A DNA stretch of 64,000 nucleotides, taken from assembly GCF_964204645.1 (NCBI RefSeq), contig NC_134029.1:12612850-12676849 (forward strand), read 5' to 3'. The notes below the pieces were generated by a model, which ran no database searches, was not told the origin of the DNA, and saw nothing but the letters and a program-made list of their open reading frames with translations. Below, piece by piece: positions 61,133 to 64,000 of this stretch. Origin of the DNA: Tubulanus polymorphus. Its lineage: Eukaryota; Animalia; Nemertea. The stretch's first letter is position 1, and every line of letters starts with the position of its first letter. Position numbers and translations under genes: made by a program.

Positions 61133-61943
61133 AGGCCGACTCAAATGGAGGTCAAAAAACCCACCGGTTGGTACTTGAGATTTGCAGTGCAGGCCACATG
61201 CCACTAGCAACTAGCAAGCGGTAGTTTGTTTATCGTGTTTACTGGAACACATCTGGCTCACACCAGTATCACACAGTATCACACAGTATCACACAGTATC
61301 ACAGTGGAACATTAAAAAAAACTTTTTTCGTATACGTTTGATATCATTTTGGTCATAGTAATCTTCTTAATTAGAATTCGCTGATTTTGTAGATGTTTTT
61401 TTATAAGAATTCCTCCAGTAATAATGGAGTTGAACATAAAATCTGTATTTTCAATTTATTAAATTTTTGTCCGATTTTGATGGAATTTTCACACATTGTT
61501 AATGATGAGGAGTTAAGATGATATATTAATTTTCAGTTTGATACAACTTTCAGGTCAAAAGTTTTCTAACCCCCAAAATTACGCACTAGAGAGCTGCAAC
61601 TGTTTTGTTTATATAGGTTTATGACTACAGGTCACTGTGCTCTCTGTGGTGAGGTGAATAACTCCTCCCAGCTTGTCATTCAAAGATTTGAAAATTTGAA
61701 GAATGCACTAAGTAAATTGCTAATTTATGCACGAAGGAAGGCTTAAACTAAATTTTAAGCCATACATATAACTATATTACATGTTTACACATATCCCTGA
61801 CAAAAAGGAGGGTCCAAATCGGTTAACTGACAGAGATATTAGGGAAATTCCAGTTTCAAGGGTGGAGCTCTTGACTGCTCCATGGGTTCAGAGATACTGC
61901 CATGTCTGACAGATGACGGGCCTTTTATACTTGAAGTCAGCCT
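61133..61943. mobile_element. Kolobok-like non-autonomous element inside a HINE family A fragment (61000-62003)
   Basis: TTAA|AGGCCGACTCAA ... TTGAAGTCAGCCT|TTAA. The flanks rejoin as GATACTTAAGCATATTT. Contains (CAGTATCACA)4. Confidence 0.8.
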
Positions 61944-62956
61944 TTAAGCATATTTAGTTACCACAGTCAATTGCAAAGTTGTGGCTCATGACATCGTCTA
62001 TGATATCCTTGTGTAAGCTAAGAGCACAGTGATCTGGAGCTAGGCAGTGCTATCTCATGTGTCCGTAGTGACCTATTTGTGGTGTGGAATAATTGATTTT
62101 AGAAGGACTACAACTGTAGATCCATAATAGAAATATGAAAAGTACCAGGAATCGAACTGTCTATCAAAATTGGGTCATCAAGTGCTGCCACCATGTGATA
62201 CTGGCAACTAGTCTTTACATCGTCAAGTGTTTCAAAATGTTTTTTGATAACTTTAGGACATTTATTGTGATTTCGTATCCTACGTAACCGTTGGATATCA
62301 TATTTAAAGGATTTATCGTGACGAAATATAGTAAGTAAAAATGGCGAACCTCCCTTGAGGACGACGTGGTCAACTGAATTAAAATTAAATATGAGCGAAT
62401 AGGATTGGCTGTTTTTATCTCGGGCGAAGCCCGAGATGTTGTAATGGGTCCAAAATTGAATTTTTGCTAACAAATGAGGTTATAACTTTGACACGAAGTC
62501 ATGCAATCTACTAAGTTTATGTTCAAAATGTAGCTTCATGCGGTTAAAATCTGTTGGAAATGAAATTTTGAATATCACATCCATTTAAGAGAAATCGACG
62601 AATTTGTGGCGATTTTTAATGAAATTTCAAGGAGCATTTTTTTTTCATAAAACGGCTGTAAAATAACCGCTCCCTGGGGTTGGCTGAGCTCCCGCTGGCA
62701 ATCAATGTAAGGGCATATTCGATTGACGCAGACAAACCGGTTGTTTAATCTTCTCATCTATTAATCTGCTCGGTTCTAGTTTCTCATTTCCCAGTCATGG
62801 GAGAGTCTTATATGTTTATTTTTGATTTGATAGCCGTAGTATCGATTCCGTCTCCCCATATCTATTTCATTATGCAAATAACCAGAGATTCAATCGATAC
62901 GCTACTTCGCTGATGATTATGCGCGCACAATCAAATAGTCCCAAACCTCGTGTATA

Positions 62957-63761
62957 CGGGATATCGACAAATTCAAGTTCTTGAATTACTCGTTTGATGG
63001 CGCTAGTCAGAATCGGAAATTGGAACCTAAATCCGCCATGCTCTAGTTCATTTGCAATTCAAATCTCTCGCCTCAAATTTTCAATGAGCGATATTTTACT
63101 TACTATTTATCGTCACGCATAATCCTTGAAAAATGTTATCCTACCGCTACGTTGGATATGATAAACCCTCACTGCGAAGGCTAGATATCACTATAAATGT
63201 TCAAAATTTTCAAAAAACATTTTGCTACGGCTGACTATGTAAAGACTGGTTGCCTGGTGGCAGCACTTGACGGCCCAATTAAGATTGTTGGTTCGAGTCC
63301 TGGTATTTTTCATATTTTTATTATGAATCTACGAGTTTATTCCTTCTAAAATCAATTTTATTTCATAATATTATTTCATATTTATCAGTGTTGCTGCAAT
63401 AAATTAACCTTAGAGTCTTGAACTCAACAACAAAGTGATGACACCCGGCATCAGTCGTTACTTCCATTATCTGCTTCGAACGTCATCGCTAAATTAGTTA
63501 TTTTTGGTAGTTTTTTGACATTTCTAGTAATCTTTAGCTTTCGAAGTGAGGTTTTATCGAATTCAACACATTGTCAGGATATCATACTCAAAAGATTATG
63601 CGTGCCGTTATATAGTAAGTAAAATATTGCTAACTAAAAACTTGAAGCGAGAGATTTTTATTGCAAATGAACTAGAACATGGCGGATTTAGGTTCGAATT
63701 TCCGGTTCTGACTAGCGCCATCAAACGAGTAATTCAAGAACTTGAATTTGTCGATATCCCG
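62957..63761. mobile_element. MITE with ~130-200-bp TIRs and TA TSD (Tc1/mariner-type)
   Basis: TA|CGGGATATCGACAAATTCAAGTTCTTG ... CAAGAACTTGAATTTGTCGATATCCCG|TA. Confidence 0.85.
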
Positions 63762-64000
63762 TATTGCCGCGAAGATTGCTGATTAGATTCGATGATATTG
63801 TTCACCGAAATCAGCAGATTTTACACATCCATGAAGTGTTCAAGGAAAACCTTACAGATGCATCAATCAGGTGGTGCCTATACATTACAAAGATAACATT
63901 CTGCGCCCGAGATATTAAGATCTGTGGATCTCTTGTTTTTGATAAAAACGGCCGACCGACCGACCCACTGTCGACGTATGAGCTATATATGTTTGAATTC

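Overview
This is AT-rich eukaryotic DNA, most consistent with a marine invertebrate (probably lophotrochozoan) genome. It is built mostly from nested transposable elements. Host-type coding sequence is limited to two spliced exons of coatomer epsilon (COPE; 29772-29935 and 37695-37797, +) and a spliced DUF3987/YfjI-like P-loop ATPase gene at the left edge (-), 1.2 kb from a 1.6-kb array of 31-bp repeats. The standout element is an intact, very young 10.2-kb Ty3/gypsy endogenous retrovirus-like element (48629-58832, -, 4-bp TSD ACAG). It has gag and pol in one frame separated by a single UAG followed by an 8-nt spacer and a 13-bp hairpin (readthrough signal). It also has a chromodomain integrase, a probably spliced F-type env with an extra TM and C-terminal domain, a non-canonical 5'-TA LTR end, and an intron-like insertion in only one LTR. 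Other content includes a 15-kb TIR-bounded element (4190-19269, CTAA TSD) carrying a Penelope element with a hammerhead motif and an RT-deleted BEL/Pao element. There are also two CAGGG-ended elements with 6-bp TSDs, a full-length decayed CR1/L2-group LINE, Tx1, DIRS, RTE, hAT and pogo relics, MITEs, and Helentron-associated (HINE-like) repeats with ~150-bp internal units. All calls were made by eye, without database searches.
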